Part shown: positions 13,062 through 24,841 of the stretch, one piece after another
Position numbering within the stretch: the first letter of the stretch is position 1
How the letters are laid out: each line of letters starts with the position of its first letter
Origin: Podarcis erhardii
Lineage: Eukaryota
Direction: 5' to 3' (one strand)
NCBI GenBank assembly: GCA_964252035.1
Contig: OZ176208.1
Length of the DNA stretch: 64,000 nucleotides
Position numbers and translations under genes: made by a program
The notes under the pieces: model-generated
Told to the model about the DNA's origin: nothing
The model's input: the letters and a program-made list of their open reading frames with translations, nothing else
The model's database searches: none

Positions 13062-16000
13062 CTAGAGAGCATAAACCAAACAGTAAGGGAACTGACATCT
13101 CAAGTTGAGCAGCCTGTTGCAAGCCCTGACCTTGTGCGCCTTAAGAGCAACTGGCAGCAGCTTCCCTCACAAGCTTGAAGAATCAGAAGAATCTCTATTT
13201 GCACCAACCACTAGCCACAGCAATAAAACAAATGTGTTGAAGACAGAGGTATAAACTTAACTATACAAAATACATTCTGGAGGTTTACATCAATAATCAA
13301 ATAATGGATCTTTTTCTAATTGCTTGAGGCAGCGTCCATAATTCACCAGGCGCATTTTGCACCCAGCTATCGGCCACTTGTGACCAAGTGAAGATGCCCA
13401 GGTGCCAGGAGGGCGTATCACGTCTCCACCATCCATAGGTGCATGCCTGGGGATCACCGGATCATGACTTTTCATAACCCATCCTCTAGAATTCTATCCA
13501 TCGCATTGTATTTTATCTACACAATCGGAATGAATTTCAGGAACCAAAAAGTTGTATTGAAAAATACAATTTTTCAGGTTTCTGGCCCAAAAATGGCAAC
13601 TAGACATTTCGGTTTGGTGACTAACCCTGGTTTAAGGAGCCATTTGGCACCTAGCTTATGAGTTTCTAACACTGCCTTGAAGAACAGTAACCAACTAACC
13701 TCCAACTTAAGCAACACTTTCAATCTAAGTCCAGAGAGTTTTGTCTCTTTTCAATACCTTCTATATTGAAGGTAAGAACTGGCCAATCTTCTCCCTGCAA
13801 GGTTTTCTTCTCTTGAATAAAGCAAAACTATTATTTCACTAGGAGGTGGAGAGTGTCAGTGCCCCATAGCAATGTAGGTAGTTCTATCAACTGAGATTCC
13901 TATTCATTAACTCAGCCAGATATGGTCTGCAACTTCCATACCCTAATCACCTCTAGGTTAATTACAGTAATACACTTCTAATGAGCCTGTCTGGAGCTTC
14001 TGAAATCATCTTCAGGTTGTTCAAACTACAGCTACCAGGATTCTGACTAGAGGCAATAGATCAAGTCACATTAATCCAATTTTATACAATTTAAGTTGGT
14101 AACCAATTTAAGTTGGTAATTTCTTTCACATAAAACTGCCTAAGGCCTGCTCCAACTTCCCCACCCTAAGAAATAGCAAGCAGGCAGGCCCTCCCACCCC
14201 CATTTTTATTCCTACAGTGCCCAGAAACTGGCATAGCTTTCCCAGAGATATTTGGCTCCATTTCCACCCACTGGAACACAAGCAAAGGCTTGCGTTCAGT
14301 GAGCTTCTTGGACACTGCTTTTTGGTACACACGTCTTCTGCCATTTTGATTGCACAGGCTTTTGGGTATTGTCTTGATAAACTACTGCCAGCCACTTTTA
14401 TTGCTCACCACAGGAAGAAAGGGTGTCACAGCTTGAAACAAGTTTCTGCAAAGGGGAAAACAAACCAGTCATTTCTGCTCTCCATTCCATCCACATGTTC
14501 TCAGGATGTGGTGGGCCAATCCACACCAGAGGAGCAGTGGGGATGCAGCTTGGTATGCAGAGGCAGGGAGAGTGTACTAAATGGAACTTTTGGGTCTCCC
14601 CACCAACCTATGTCTCCCGGCTAGTCTAGTTTCTCCATACACAATAATGCATGAGGCTCAGAGCCCAGCCACGAAGAACTATGAAGGGATTCTTTCAATT
14701 AACTGCGCTAATTTCTGTGCTCCTTCTTGCACATGAGCAACTGTGAAAAGTCAGGGGTGGGTACCATGTGCCCCCCCCAGATGTTTTGATCTCCAACTCC
14801 CACCAGTTGCAGCCAGTATTACCTGTGCTCAGCAACATCTGGAGAGTCACAAGTTCCCCACCATTGGCCCAAGCCAACAACCCACAAAGTACAAAAAGCT
14901 CCTACAAAACCAACACCACTGGGTCTACTCTACGCCAATATTCAACTTTGCTCCCTTTGCCATAGGCAGGTAATTCCTCTGCTCTTCTGAATCAGATACT
15001 TTAATTATCCAAGGATTCTCGTTATGCCTGCATGAAGAGCCTAGGACAACTTGCCTTTGCCCAATGAAGCACATCACAATCGGCCTCATGCCAAAACGGA
15101 CAGTGCAGGTGCCAAACTTGTACAAGTCTTACAAGACTAAAATTGATGCATAGCATACAGCCTTGTGCATTCTGTTTAACCTGAAGGCACCTGCAGGTAA
15201 CTCCCCACCCCCCACAACAAGTCCCAGCGTGGGAGAGGAAATGGTTAAGCCATCCTACCCCACGGGGGGGGGGGGGGCAACTTGAATAAAATATTGGGGA
15301 GGCAGATAAACCCCAACCCATATAATCAATCATGTGACACCATTTGAATGGCAATGCCCATCAACATGTCCAAGAAGAGTTATGTACAAAAATGCACAAC
15401 CTGTTGTTGGGCCCTTAGGCTCTCTAAAACTCAAGTTTTCACTTACAAGAGCAGAAGGATAGCTCTATTCTTCATTCAGGAAAGTAAGGCTTGTTCCCGC
15501 TACACAATTTGGCCAAGCCTGGCCTAAGCAGATTAACTACCACCCCACAAATAAGGACTCCCACAGGAGCCCCAGACACCATAGGGCAGAAGGGGCTGGT
15601 TAAGTTTCATCCACTCCGCTGAATTTTTATGTCCTTTTTAATGCCTTCCTTTGTCCATTTTTATGTCTTCCTGCTTTGTTTTATTGTTCTGCACATAGGC
15701 CTGCGGTTATAGGGCGGTATAAAAATTCAAGGAATAAATAAACGTGTTTTCACCGTATTCTTGACTGCCACCCTGAGACTTTCACTGAAGCGCAGCAAAA
15801 AATAAAATAAAATAAAATAAAGCAACCCTGTTTAGGGAAGTTTTTATATTTGATGATTTATGGTGTTTTTAGTGTTCTGCTGGGAGCCGCCCAGAATGGC
15901 TGGGGAAACCCAACCAGGTGGGCAGGTATAATTAATTAAAAAAAAGTATTTTATATATTATTATTATTATTCGAAACAAATATATTTGTTTTCTCAACAT

Positions 16001-16293
16001 TATAAACAAACACATAAAACATACATAACTCATAGCCTTATTAAAAGGCTTATTAAATTACACTTTTTAACTTTGTTAATTGACTTCCTCCCTTCCCCTT
16101 GGTTGAATTTCATTGCATTTTAACGGTTTTCCAAATCACAGTCCTTATAAAATTTAACTTAAACATGAGCATCCTTAGTATTATTATTATTATTAAAAAG
16201 AAAACCCAACCCTCCGCTTAAGCACAAGGGAAATAAGGAAGAGCGAGTCTCCTGAAGAAGCAAGAAATAGGCGGGAAGCTGAGGGAGACCCAC

Positions 16294-17088
16294 CTGGAAG
16301 CGCACGCGGGCCTTGCTTTCCTCTCGAGGCCCCTCCGAGGGCTTCTCCGCGGCCTCGTCTCCCCGCTTCTCCTCTGGCTGGGGCGGCGCCCCCTCGCCGT
16401 CCTCCCGAGGCTTCTCCGGCTGTTCCAGGCCGCCCTCGGGGGCTGGGCCCGAGCCCTCCTTCCTCTCGGCCTTGGGGCGCGGCGGCGGCGGCCGCTGCTC
16501 CTCCTGCAGGGCGGCGGGGCCCTCAGCCTTCTCCCCGCCCGCGCGCGCCTCGTCGGCTTTCTGCGGCGGCGGCGGCGGCGGCGTCGAGGCGGCGGCGGCG
16601 GGGCCGTCGGGCGGCTCGGCTTCCTCCAGGAAAGTGGTGAGGCGCCGCGGAGCCACGGGCGAGTAGACGGCGATGGTCCTGGGGAAGCGCACGGAGCGGC
16701 AGGCGCCGCTGACGGAGCTGCCTTGCTCCTGCTCGACGGCGCGGCGGCGCAAGAAGAGGGGCCGCGGCCCGAGCGAGCACTGCACCGAGGCGTCCTGGCG
16801 CGGGTTGACTTGCACGCCCACCTCCTTGGTGTTGGCCTTGCGCAGGCGGGGAGTCAGGTTGGGGTTCACCTGGGACAGGATGGCTTTCAGCTGCGCCCGC
16901 TGGTAGTTGTCGAAGTACTCGGCCGCCGCGGCCGCCACCGCCGCCGTCTCGCCATAACCGGAGAAGTAGCCGCCCCGCTGCCTCCACGGACCCTGCCCGC
17001 CTTTGCCTCTCGGGTAGCGGTAGGAGTAAGGGTTGTAGGAAGGGTACGACGAGTAGCTCTCCATGGCGTCGTCCACCAAAGCGGCCAT
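16294..17088 (-). CDS. ZAR1: ZAR1 (zygote arrest 1) exon 1, MAALVDD...KARVRFQ (265 codons)
   Basis: ATG at 17088; conserved AEYFDNYQRAQLKAILSQVNPNLTPRLRKANTKEVGVQVNPRQDASVQCSLG motif; donor CAG|gtgggt. Four exons total 368 aa. Confidence 0.96.
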
Positions 17089-17119
17089 TGCCCCGGGCTG
17101 CGCTCATCACGGACGAGGC

Positions 17120-17252
17120 TTAAATAGCCCGCTGGGCGGGCCGCCTCCTCTCCCGGGAGACCCAAACGAGAGTCACTCGACACAGCTGTGCGGGTCCCGT
17201 GGAGCGAGCTTTGCAAGCCTATGAGCGCTTACTTCGGAGCAAGCGCCAATTA
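17120..17252 (-). promoter_or_regulatory. ZAR1 proximal promoter: TATA-like TATTTAA (17120-17126), GC box (17134-17140), E-box CAGCTG (17183-17188), CCAAT/TAATTG homeobox site (17246-17252)
   Basis: Motifs read directly, within 165 bp upstream of the ATG. Function is inferred. Confidence 0.6.
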
Positions 17253-18781
17253 ACGTCGGGGGCTTTCCTTGGAGGAAGCATGCATGAAGGCACGCGCGCG
17301 GCTGTTGTTGCAGCCGCAGGTGGTTTACTCTGCAACAAAAGGCCCCTCGATTTAGCGGCGCGTTCTTGCCATGAGTGTCCGCAGGATTTGCAGCCTCACT
17401 GCGGAATGAACACCGCCGAACGCTGTAGGGTTTTCTCCCGAGTAAGCATGCAGAGGACTCGGCTGTTAACCGGTTTTCTGATGTCATATACAAATAATAA
17501 TAGAAAGTAGCAGAAATGGTTAAGCGCCCTGCGTTAAAATTCCCATATGGTCGACAAATATGCATTGAAAGGGGACAGTAAACTTAATTAGGCTGTAATC
17601 CTAGGCTGGTTTACATGGAAGTAAGAACCACTGAACTCAGCAGAATTTACTTCTCAGTAAATGTACTAAAGGTCCGCCTGTAAACGGGAAAAGTTACTTT
17701 GAAATCAGTGCTGTTCAAACCATTCAGAACTGCAATCCTGCACTCACTTATCTGGGAGTAAACTGACTGAAACTCAATGGGTTTATTTCTGAATGGGCAT
17801 GTACTGGATTGTGCTATATGTATACCAAGTACTGTATATTATTTATTAATCTTGCCACTAGGCCACATTCCACACGCGATTTATTTTACCTTGGTTACCT
17901 CTAAAGTGGTCCCACAAACTTTAATGCTATGGCATTTCAGGCTTTAGTAATATTTTACAATATACACATAGTACGTTCCCATTTAGTCTAATACTAAACA
18001 TAGTTAATTGAGTAAATCCCACTAAATTCAGTAGAACTTACTTTCCGGTAAATATGTTTGGGATTACAACCTTGGTGAACCAATGAAATCTTAGCTTTGA
18101 TTCCCAAGCAAGTCCACATGACCTACAGAAATAGGAGGGCACATATTGTATTCAGTGATGTATGCTTTTGCATGCAAACAGAACAGAATTCAGTTCCTGG
18201 CTTCTCTGGTTAAAAGATTAAGAAATACCCTTACTTGGCATCTTAGATAATGGTTACAATAGATCTGCATCACAGGTCCAGCTCCTTTGTTAAAACAGAT
18301 TGCAGATTTTTGCTCCCAGGTATCTACCCTGAAGAGTTAATAATGCCAAGGAGCATTCGGTTTTTAAAAAGGCCCCCACTCATTCGGAAGAGAATTTCTC
18401 TTGACTACCGCTTAGTGGGAGGGAGATCTTGTTGCTCTTCTGTCTGTGAAAAGAGTGACAGCTTTGATATCAACAAGATGAAGCAGACAGTGTCTCATAA
18501 GTCCTCTTAATGGCTTGGTATCTTCAGAATAAATTTAATCAGTGGTAAATATACAACATGAGTTCAACCTTTCCACATACACAGAAGCTGAATAATGTAA
18601 AACAGATACAATGCTTTTAAACAGCAAATGTTGGTGACATTCAGTTACACAAGAACAAATACTATCAGCATTAATTCCCCTGTTCTTCTCTTCCCTCCCT
18701 CTCATACTAGTCTTTAAAATTACCTTATAAAACCCCTCTCTTCAGCATGCAGCCTTCCTGCTTGCTTGCATTTCAGTATAC

Positions 18782-18787
18782 TTTATT
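18782..18787 (-). terminator. Candidate SLC10A4 polyadenylation signal AATAAA
   Basis: First minus-strand AATAAA I found after the stop codon (~220 nt downstream). More distal sites are possible. Confidence 0.4.
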
Positions 18788-19006
18788 GTGATGGCTCATA
18801 TTGATTCTTTGTGGTAGCTGAGGAGGTGCTCACAGGTGACTTGCTATTCATGGACAAAAATATTGGCATTTTTACAAACCATATATGCTGAGGGAATCAA
18901 GATTACAGCAACTGTTTTGTGCCATCATCTCCCTGCCTCCTCCTTTAACTGAACAGTTTGCTACATTATCCCACAACAGGATTTCCAGTTCAGGTCCTCC
19001 CTTCCT

Positions 19007-19528
19007 CTAGAGGGCAGTCTGCATCGGTTCCATGAGCACTGAGGCATGGCCCTCGGCAGTCACAGTGCCATAGGAAGTATCTGGCATTTCCTCTTCCTTC
19101 AGTTTTTTGTAGGAAATGTTTGTATCTTCTTCTTCTTCCCCTACTAGAGGCTCTTGTTTGTAGGAATCCTTGCCGTACACCTTATAGACCAATACAAACA
19201 GACCAGCTTCTGCAGCCTGGAAGAGAGCGTAGAGCAAGGGGAACATGTACATGCTCCCAATAAGTTCTGGAGGGAAGGTCAGTTTGAGTATAGCGGTGCA
19301 GAGCTGTACGTTTTGGCAGCCGGTCTCCAGTGACACTGTCCTCTTGCAGTGAGGTGGCAAGTGAAATAAGGTTGCTATGCCATAACCACAGCCATAGCCA
19401 GCCAAGGGCATCAGCACAGCTACTACGTAGACAGTAGCAGGGATAGTAGCCAGCAGATCAGGTCCCAACATGGTACCGGTTAGGATGAAAAGGATCACCA
19501 GGGATACCAGGAGGGACCACAATGAAAC
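19007..19528 (-). CDS. SLC10A4: SLC10A4 exon 3, VSLWSLLVSLVILFILTG...EPMQTAL-stop
   Basis: ctttgctag|GTT; contains the SBF-family motif VSLETGCQNVQLCTAILKL; stop at 19007. Confidence 0.96.
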   Translation of the reverse strand, partial: VSLWSLLVSLVILFILTGTMLGPDLLATIPATVYVVAVLMPLAGYGCGYGIATLFHLPPHCKRTVSLETGCQNVQLCTAILKLTFPPELIGSMYMFPLLYALFQAAEAGLFVLVYKVYGKDSYKQEPLVGEEEEDTNISYKKLKEEEMPDTSYGTVTAEGHASVLMEPMQTAL

Positions 19529-20699
19529 CTAGCAAAGAAAGCATTGGATTAGATAGAGTAGGATTTTGGAGGACCGCTGCTCTTAATTACATATTACTAT
19601 ATCAGTAAGCATACAGGTTATTTAAAATATATTTCAAGCATCAAGACACATAAGACTGCTTCATTTGCCAAAGCATATGAATGTGTATTGGTGCTGTTAT
19701 ATAAATAGAAGGTGTATATTTGGTGATCACAGACAGAACTAGCAGGATTAACAGTAGAACTGCTTGTTCTGTTTCAATTTCTTATTATTTATTCCAGTTT
19801 ATTTATATACTGGTTTTTGTTTTTTTTTGGCCCAAGGCCCCCCGAAGCAATGAATGATATACTAAAATAAAATATACAGTAGAGTTCAGTGAAATGCCAT
19901 AACAATATAAGACAGCAAGATTGCAACATAGGTGGGCCAAATGAAAGCCTTCTGTAGCTAGAAATTAATGGGCACTCTTAACAACCTCATATACCACATG
20001 CTTTGGGGCTAGAAAACTGAACAATGAGAAATACCAAAAAAAACTACCCCAGTATAGAAGAATTAAGGGTGCTCTCACTACCTCCCCATTCTAATTATGC
20101 AGAGGTGCACAAGCAATCTATGTAATTAACGCAAAAGCATTTTTAAAACAAAAATGGATGGTCATGGTGGATCAGTTGCAGGAATTGCTGGAGAAAACTG
20201 ATCATCTGAGCACATCTCAGTCTTGGTTCAGGCCTGGCAGCTTTCTGACAGTATATAACACCCGTGCTGCAGGAACTGCACTCCCTGCCTAAATGCTACC
20301 AGGCCATGTTCAAGGTTTTGTTACTAGTGTACAAAGGCCTAAACAACTTGGGATCAGAGTGCTTCACTCTCAGTTGGCCAACTAGATCACTGATATCATA
20401 AGGAGCTGAGCTTTCAGAAGTACCTTGTGCCTCAGAAATCAAATATATTTGTACCCAGCTCAGTAACCCCTGCAATATGGGAACATTCAGTGAAGGCGAG
20501 GCAGATGATGGCATTGTGTGACTCCTATGTGCCATAAGAACATTTTTATTTAAGCAAACATTTCTAGAATGCCAATTTTATCTAGTCATGTTTAATACTC
20601 TACTGTTTTTATGATGTATGTTATTCTATATTTTAATCTGTTGCTAAATCGTCTAGAGAGCAATGGTTGTATATGATTCTTAAATAATTAAAAATAAAT

Positions 20700-21375
20700 A
20701 AAATAAAAAAATTCCTTCCAGTAGCACCTTAAAGACCAACTGAGTTAGTTCTAGGTATGAGCTTTCGTGTGCATGCACACTTCTTCAGATACACTGAAAC
20801 AGAAGTCACCGGACCTTTCTATATAGTGAGAAGGTGGGGAGGGGTATTACTCAGAAGGGTGGTGGGAATGGGTGATTGGCAGATAGCTGCGATGAGCCTG
20901 TTGACGACTCTTAACGACTGCAATAGGTCTAACAGGAAAAAGCAAGGGGTGAGAAGGTGAAAAATGGCTTTGTCATGTATAATGAGATAAGAATCCAATG
21001 TCTTTGTTCAAACCAGGTCTCTCCATAGTTTTAAGTTTGGTGATAAGTTGCAATTCAGCAGCTTCTCTTTCCAGTCTATTTCTGAAATTCCTTTGTAATA
21101 GAACAGCTACTTTGAGATCTTGTATAGAATGTCCTGGGAGATTGAAGTGTTCTCCTACTGGTTTTTCTGTCTTGTGGTTCCTGATGTCGGATTTATGTCC
21201 GTTTATTCTTTGGCGTAAGGTCTGGCCTGTTTGTCCAATATAGAGAGCTGAAGGACACTGTTGGCATTTTATGGCATACACAATGTTAGACGATGAGCAA
21301 TTAAATGGTCCCGAGATGGTATGTGTGATGTTGTTGGGGCCAGTAATGGTGTTGTCCGGGTGTATGTGGCAGCAA
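20700..21375 (-). mobile_element. Penelope-like retroelement 3' fragment, left arm of palindrome (GIY-YIG endonuclease C-terminus plus 3' pLTR region)
   Basis: Open frame CCHIHPDNTITG...VYAIKCQQCPSALYIGQTGQTLRQRINGH...GLN...HYT-stop; carries a hammerhead motif; TSD TAAAAATAAAT at 20689-20699. Confidence 0.92.
20755..20792 (-). ncRNA. Minimal type I hammerhead ribozyme motif, sense to the SLC10A4 pre-mRNA
   Basis: Exact mirror image of 21947-21984. Confidence 0.85.
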
Positions 21376-22080
21376 ACACCCGGACAACACCATTACTGGC
21401 CCCAACAACATCACACATACCATCTCGGGACCATTTAATTGCTCATCGTCTAACATTGTGTATGCCATAAAATGCCAACAGTGTCCTTCAGCTCTCTATA
21501 TTGGACAAACAGGCCAGACCTTACGCCAAAGAATAAACGGACATAAATCCGACATCAGGAACCACAAGACAGAAAAACCAGTAGGAGAACACTTCAATCT
21601 CCCAGGACATTCTATACAAGATCTCAAAGTAGCTGTTCTATTACAAAGGAATTTCAGAAATAGACTGGAAAGAGAAGCTGCTGAATTGCAACTTATCACC
21701 AAACTTAAAACTATGGAGAGACCTGGTTTGAACAAAGACATTGGATTCTTATCTCATTATACATGACAAAGCCATTTTTCACCTTCTCACCCCTTGCTTT
21801 TTCCTGTTAGACCTATTGCAGTCGTTAAGAGTCGTCAACAGGCTCATCGCAGCTATCTGCCAATCACCCATTCCCACCACCCTTCTGAGTAATACCCCTC
21901 CCCACCTTCTCACTATATAGAAAGGTCCGGTGACTTCTGTTTCAGTGTATCTGAAGAAGTGTGCATGCACACGAAAGCTCATACCTAGAACTAACTCAGT
22001 TGGTCTTTAAGGTGCTACTGGAAGGAATTTTTTTATTTTGTTTTGACCATAGCAGACCAACACGGCTACCTATCTGTAAC
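21376..22080 (+). mobile_element. Penelope-like retroelement 3' fragment, right arm of palindrome, with 41-nt extra 3' tail
   Basis: Reverse complement of 20700-21363. Frame open 21377-21766 (129 aa, GIY-YIG); TSD copy at 22081-22091. Confidence 0.92.
21947..21984 (+). ncRNA. Minimal type I hammerhead ribozyme motif (PLE-associated)
   Basis: GUAU-CUGAAGA-A-GUGUGC[AU]GCACAC-GAAA-GCUC^AUAC. Stem I GUAU/AUAC, 6-bp stem II, palindromic AGCU stem III; predicted cleavage after C21980. Confidence 0.85.
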
Positions 22081-22777
22081 TAAAAATAAATAAATATTCA
22101 GGATAAATTGCAAATTACTAGTGTGGCCCTCATCTGCTACCAATTTATTTATTTATTACTGAAGCGGTACCTTTTGCTACTCCAAATCAAATTCCAGTGT
22201 ATCTTGGGGTGGTAAAATGCCCCCTGAGAAAACCATGTGTGTTGTTGGAAAATCCTATGGGGCATTTATTTTACCCCACCCTTTTTATACTGGGGGGGGG
22301 GGGAGCACCACAATGGCAAAACAACAACAACACACATTTTGTGTCACAAGCCACTTTTCCGCCCCCAGAAATAAAACTGCAAGCGGCTGAAATTTAGAAA
22401 TATTGTTTACTACTATGCATATGGCAATGTCGTAGGAGGACAACTGTGTGTGAATTCCTTCTGTGTAAATTCTGTAACAAAACAAAACAAAAAATTGCTC
22501 TCAAGGCAGGATTTCATCTCGCAATACTGGACGGAGGATCATTGGTTGCAGTTTACACTGTTGGTCCCTCTAGCTTAGCGTTGCCTTCTTTGGTGATTCT
22601 GCAAGACTTCAGATACCAGCAGCCCTGCTAGAGCAGTTCTTCACTTGGAAAGCAAACATGGCACTCGGCAAATAATGCAAAGGGATCCTGTGCCTTCAGG
22701 ACATATATGCTCTCCCACTGTCTCACTGGAGTAACACTTTAATTTCTTTGTTAAAATTTCATTCTTACATTCATATA

Positions 22778-22990
22778 CAGTGGTACCCCGGGTTACAGAC
22801 TCTGCTAACCCAGAAATAGTACCTCAGGTTAAGAACTTTGCTTCAGGATGAGAACAGAAATCATGTTCTGGTGGTGCAGCGGCAGCAGCAGGAGGCCCCA
22901 CTAGCTAAAGTGGTGTCTCAGGTTAAGAACAGTTTCAGGTTAAGAACGGACCTCCGGAATGAATTAAGTTCTTAACCCGAGATACCACTG
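22778..22990. mobile_element. MITE family B copy in SLC10A4 intron 2
   Basis: TA|CAGTGGTACC...GATACCACTG|TA. Confidence 0.9.
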
Positions 22991-23257
22991 TATACCACTT
23001 TAGCTCCAAGGAGCTGAAAGTGGTATATTCCTCCTAATTTTTTTTTATCACAACATCCTTGTGAGAAAGAGTAGGCTGAGAGGCAGTCACCCAGTGAGCT
23101 TTGTGGCTAATTGGGGATTTGAACCCAGGTCTCCATGACCCTATAGTTTGACACTAATTACACCACTGCTCTTGGTTCTAGCTAGATGTAGTCCTTGCCT
23201 GCATTAGGGCTCCTCCCTGTATCCCCTGTAAAGGTGGGCATCTGGGGCCTGGCTTAC

Positions 23258-23468
23258 CTTCAGCAGGATGTCTGCCACCCTGGTGAATCTGTATCGGATG
23301 AAGACCCCAATGCCGATGGGGAGCAGAGTGCTGCATAAGGTCATGGTGACGGCGCCCAGGGGCAACAGGCGCACTAACGGGGTGTTGATCCAGGCTCGGC
23401 TGTAGACCCACAGGCAAAGAGGCATCAAGACCAGAGCAAGCAACGTAGACGACGTGGTCATGATTATA
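23258..23468 (-). CDS. SLC10A4: SLC10A4 exon 2, (S)IIMTTSSTLLALVLMPLCLWVYS...VADILLK
   Basis: ctggcag|TATA...AAG|gtaagc, 211 nt, phase 2/0. Confidence 0.96.
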
Positions 23469-24804
23469 CTGCCAGAGACGAGAGAAAACAGAGTTCCCAG
23501 AGGGAAAAATACGTGATGTACTGAAGTTCCTTCCACCGCCCCATTCACTTTCCACGGGCTGCTCAGACGGCACATTTTATTGCAGAAGCCTCTTCCCTTT
23601 AGTCTTTCCAACCTCACACTGCCAGTGGGAACCTCCTGCTTGGCTGCTAATTTTATACGGGTGATTTCTGCCTTTTACACTCTGTGTGTATGTTGTAGAA
23701 GCAGAAGCCGGTAGTTTTGAAAGAGAAAGGCACCCTTCCCAATTCGTTACAATGCACTGTTCTCGCCATGGCATGATGTGCTGCTGTCTCTCATCTGTCC
23801 AGTGCAGGCTTTACTTAAACACATTATCTCTCTTCCCCACAGTCCACACTTTTTCTCCCCTCCCTCCCCATCGTTAAAAACTTCCTCCCCACGCACACCA
23901 CATATGCTGTTTTCCAGCACTGCTGCCTGCAGGGCGTGTCTGGCTATCAAGGTTCACAGCGCACACTGGCAGCACAGCTCTCTCTCCTCTTTGTGCTAGC
24001 TTGCAAGTGAAACTAGAGGGTCTCGGAAAGCAGGGAGAGAAGCAAGAGCTTAGCGGCTTACAAAAAGATGTACTGTGCAAAAGGAAAAGGCTGCCCACAT
24101 TGTCTGGCTGTGCCCCATACCCTGTCTTGCCTCCCCCCCCCAATTAATTCTTAAATCATAGAAACAGCTGGTGGGGATTGAAACCTGCAGGGAAAGTTGT
24201 TCCCCAAGCCCAAATGCACAGGTCTGTGGGTGATTCCTGGCAGACAGGCAGACATTCAACAGGTGCATCTTTTCTCAGGCTGGAGATGCAGCGATGGGTG
24301 AAACTTCCATTAGGAAAGGCAGATAACTCCAGTGCAGGCGCTCTGCACTTGCTCAGTGGCACTTGCCTCTTTGCCCCACCCTCTGGGAACAGGGCATACA
24401 TAACAACTCATCTGACGTTTGCTCGGGAGTTTTACATTTCATCTCTCCGTTCCTTTTCCTCGCAGGACCTCCGTGCCTTGAGCAGGTGCTGTGACGGATA
24501 AGATATTCTACGGGTGGATTTGGCTTCCATCGTGGGGGGGGGGGGGGAGAGAGATAGGAGGGCGCTACACCTGTTGAATGTCTGCTCGCTGTCCCAATGT
24601 GAATGGAGTTGGAGCTCTGCCGGGAAACAATGCAACTTTAGACAGTGTGCTAAAGCGAAAATAACCGATTTCAGACAGAAGCACCCACAATCTCGCTCCT
24701 CCCCGCTTCCTCCTGCAGGAGAAATGCCCTCAGTCTCGCTGCCAGTGCCACCCTTTCCCCTGGTTCGCTGCCCCAGAGATGGGTGGGGTATAAATAATAA
24801 GATT

Positions 24805-24841
24805 TATGTATGTATGTATGTATGTATGTATGTATGTATGT
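24805..24841. repeat. (TATG)n microsatellite
   Basis: Read directly. Confidence 0.9.

Larger units (their letters stand above)
16290..17460. promoter_or_regulatory. CpG island over the ZAR1 promoter and exon 1
   Basis: Visibly GC- and CpG-dense against an AT-rich background; boundaries approximate. Confidence 0.85.

Noticed and set aside
16313-17216. Several long overlapping ORFs (117-195 aa) on both strands over ZAR1 exon 1
   Set aside because: Expected stop-codon depletion in a GC-rich CpG island; low-complexity products with no recognisable homology.
20757-21982. Duplicated GIY-YIG ORFs as a host nuclease gene or a prokaryotic-type system
   Set aside because: They are 5'-truncated ends of a Penelope-like element with no native start or reverse transcriptase; the paired ORFs simply reflect the palindrome.
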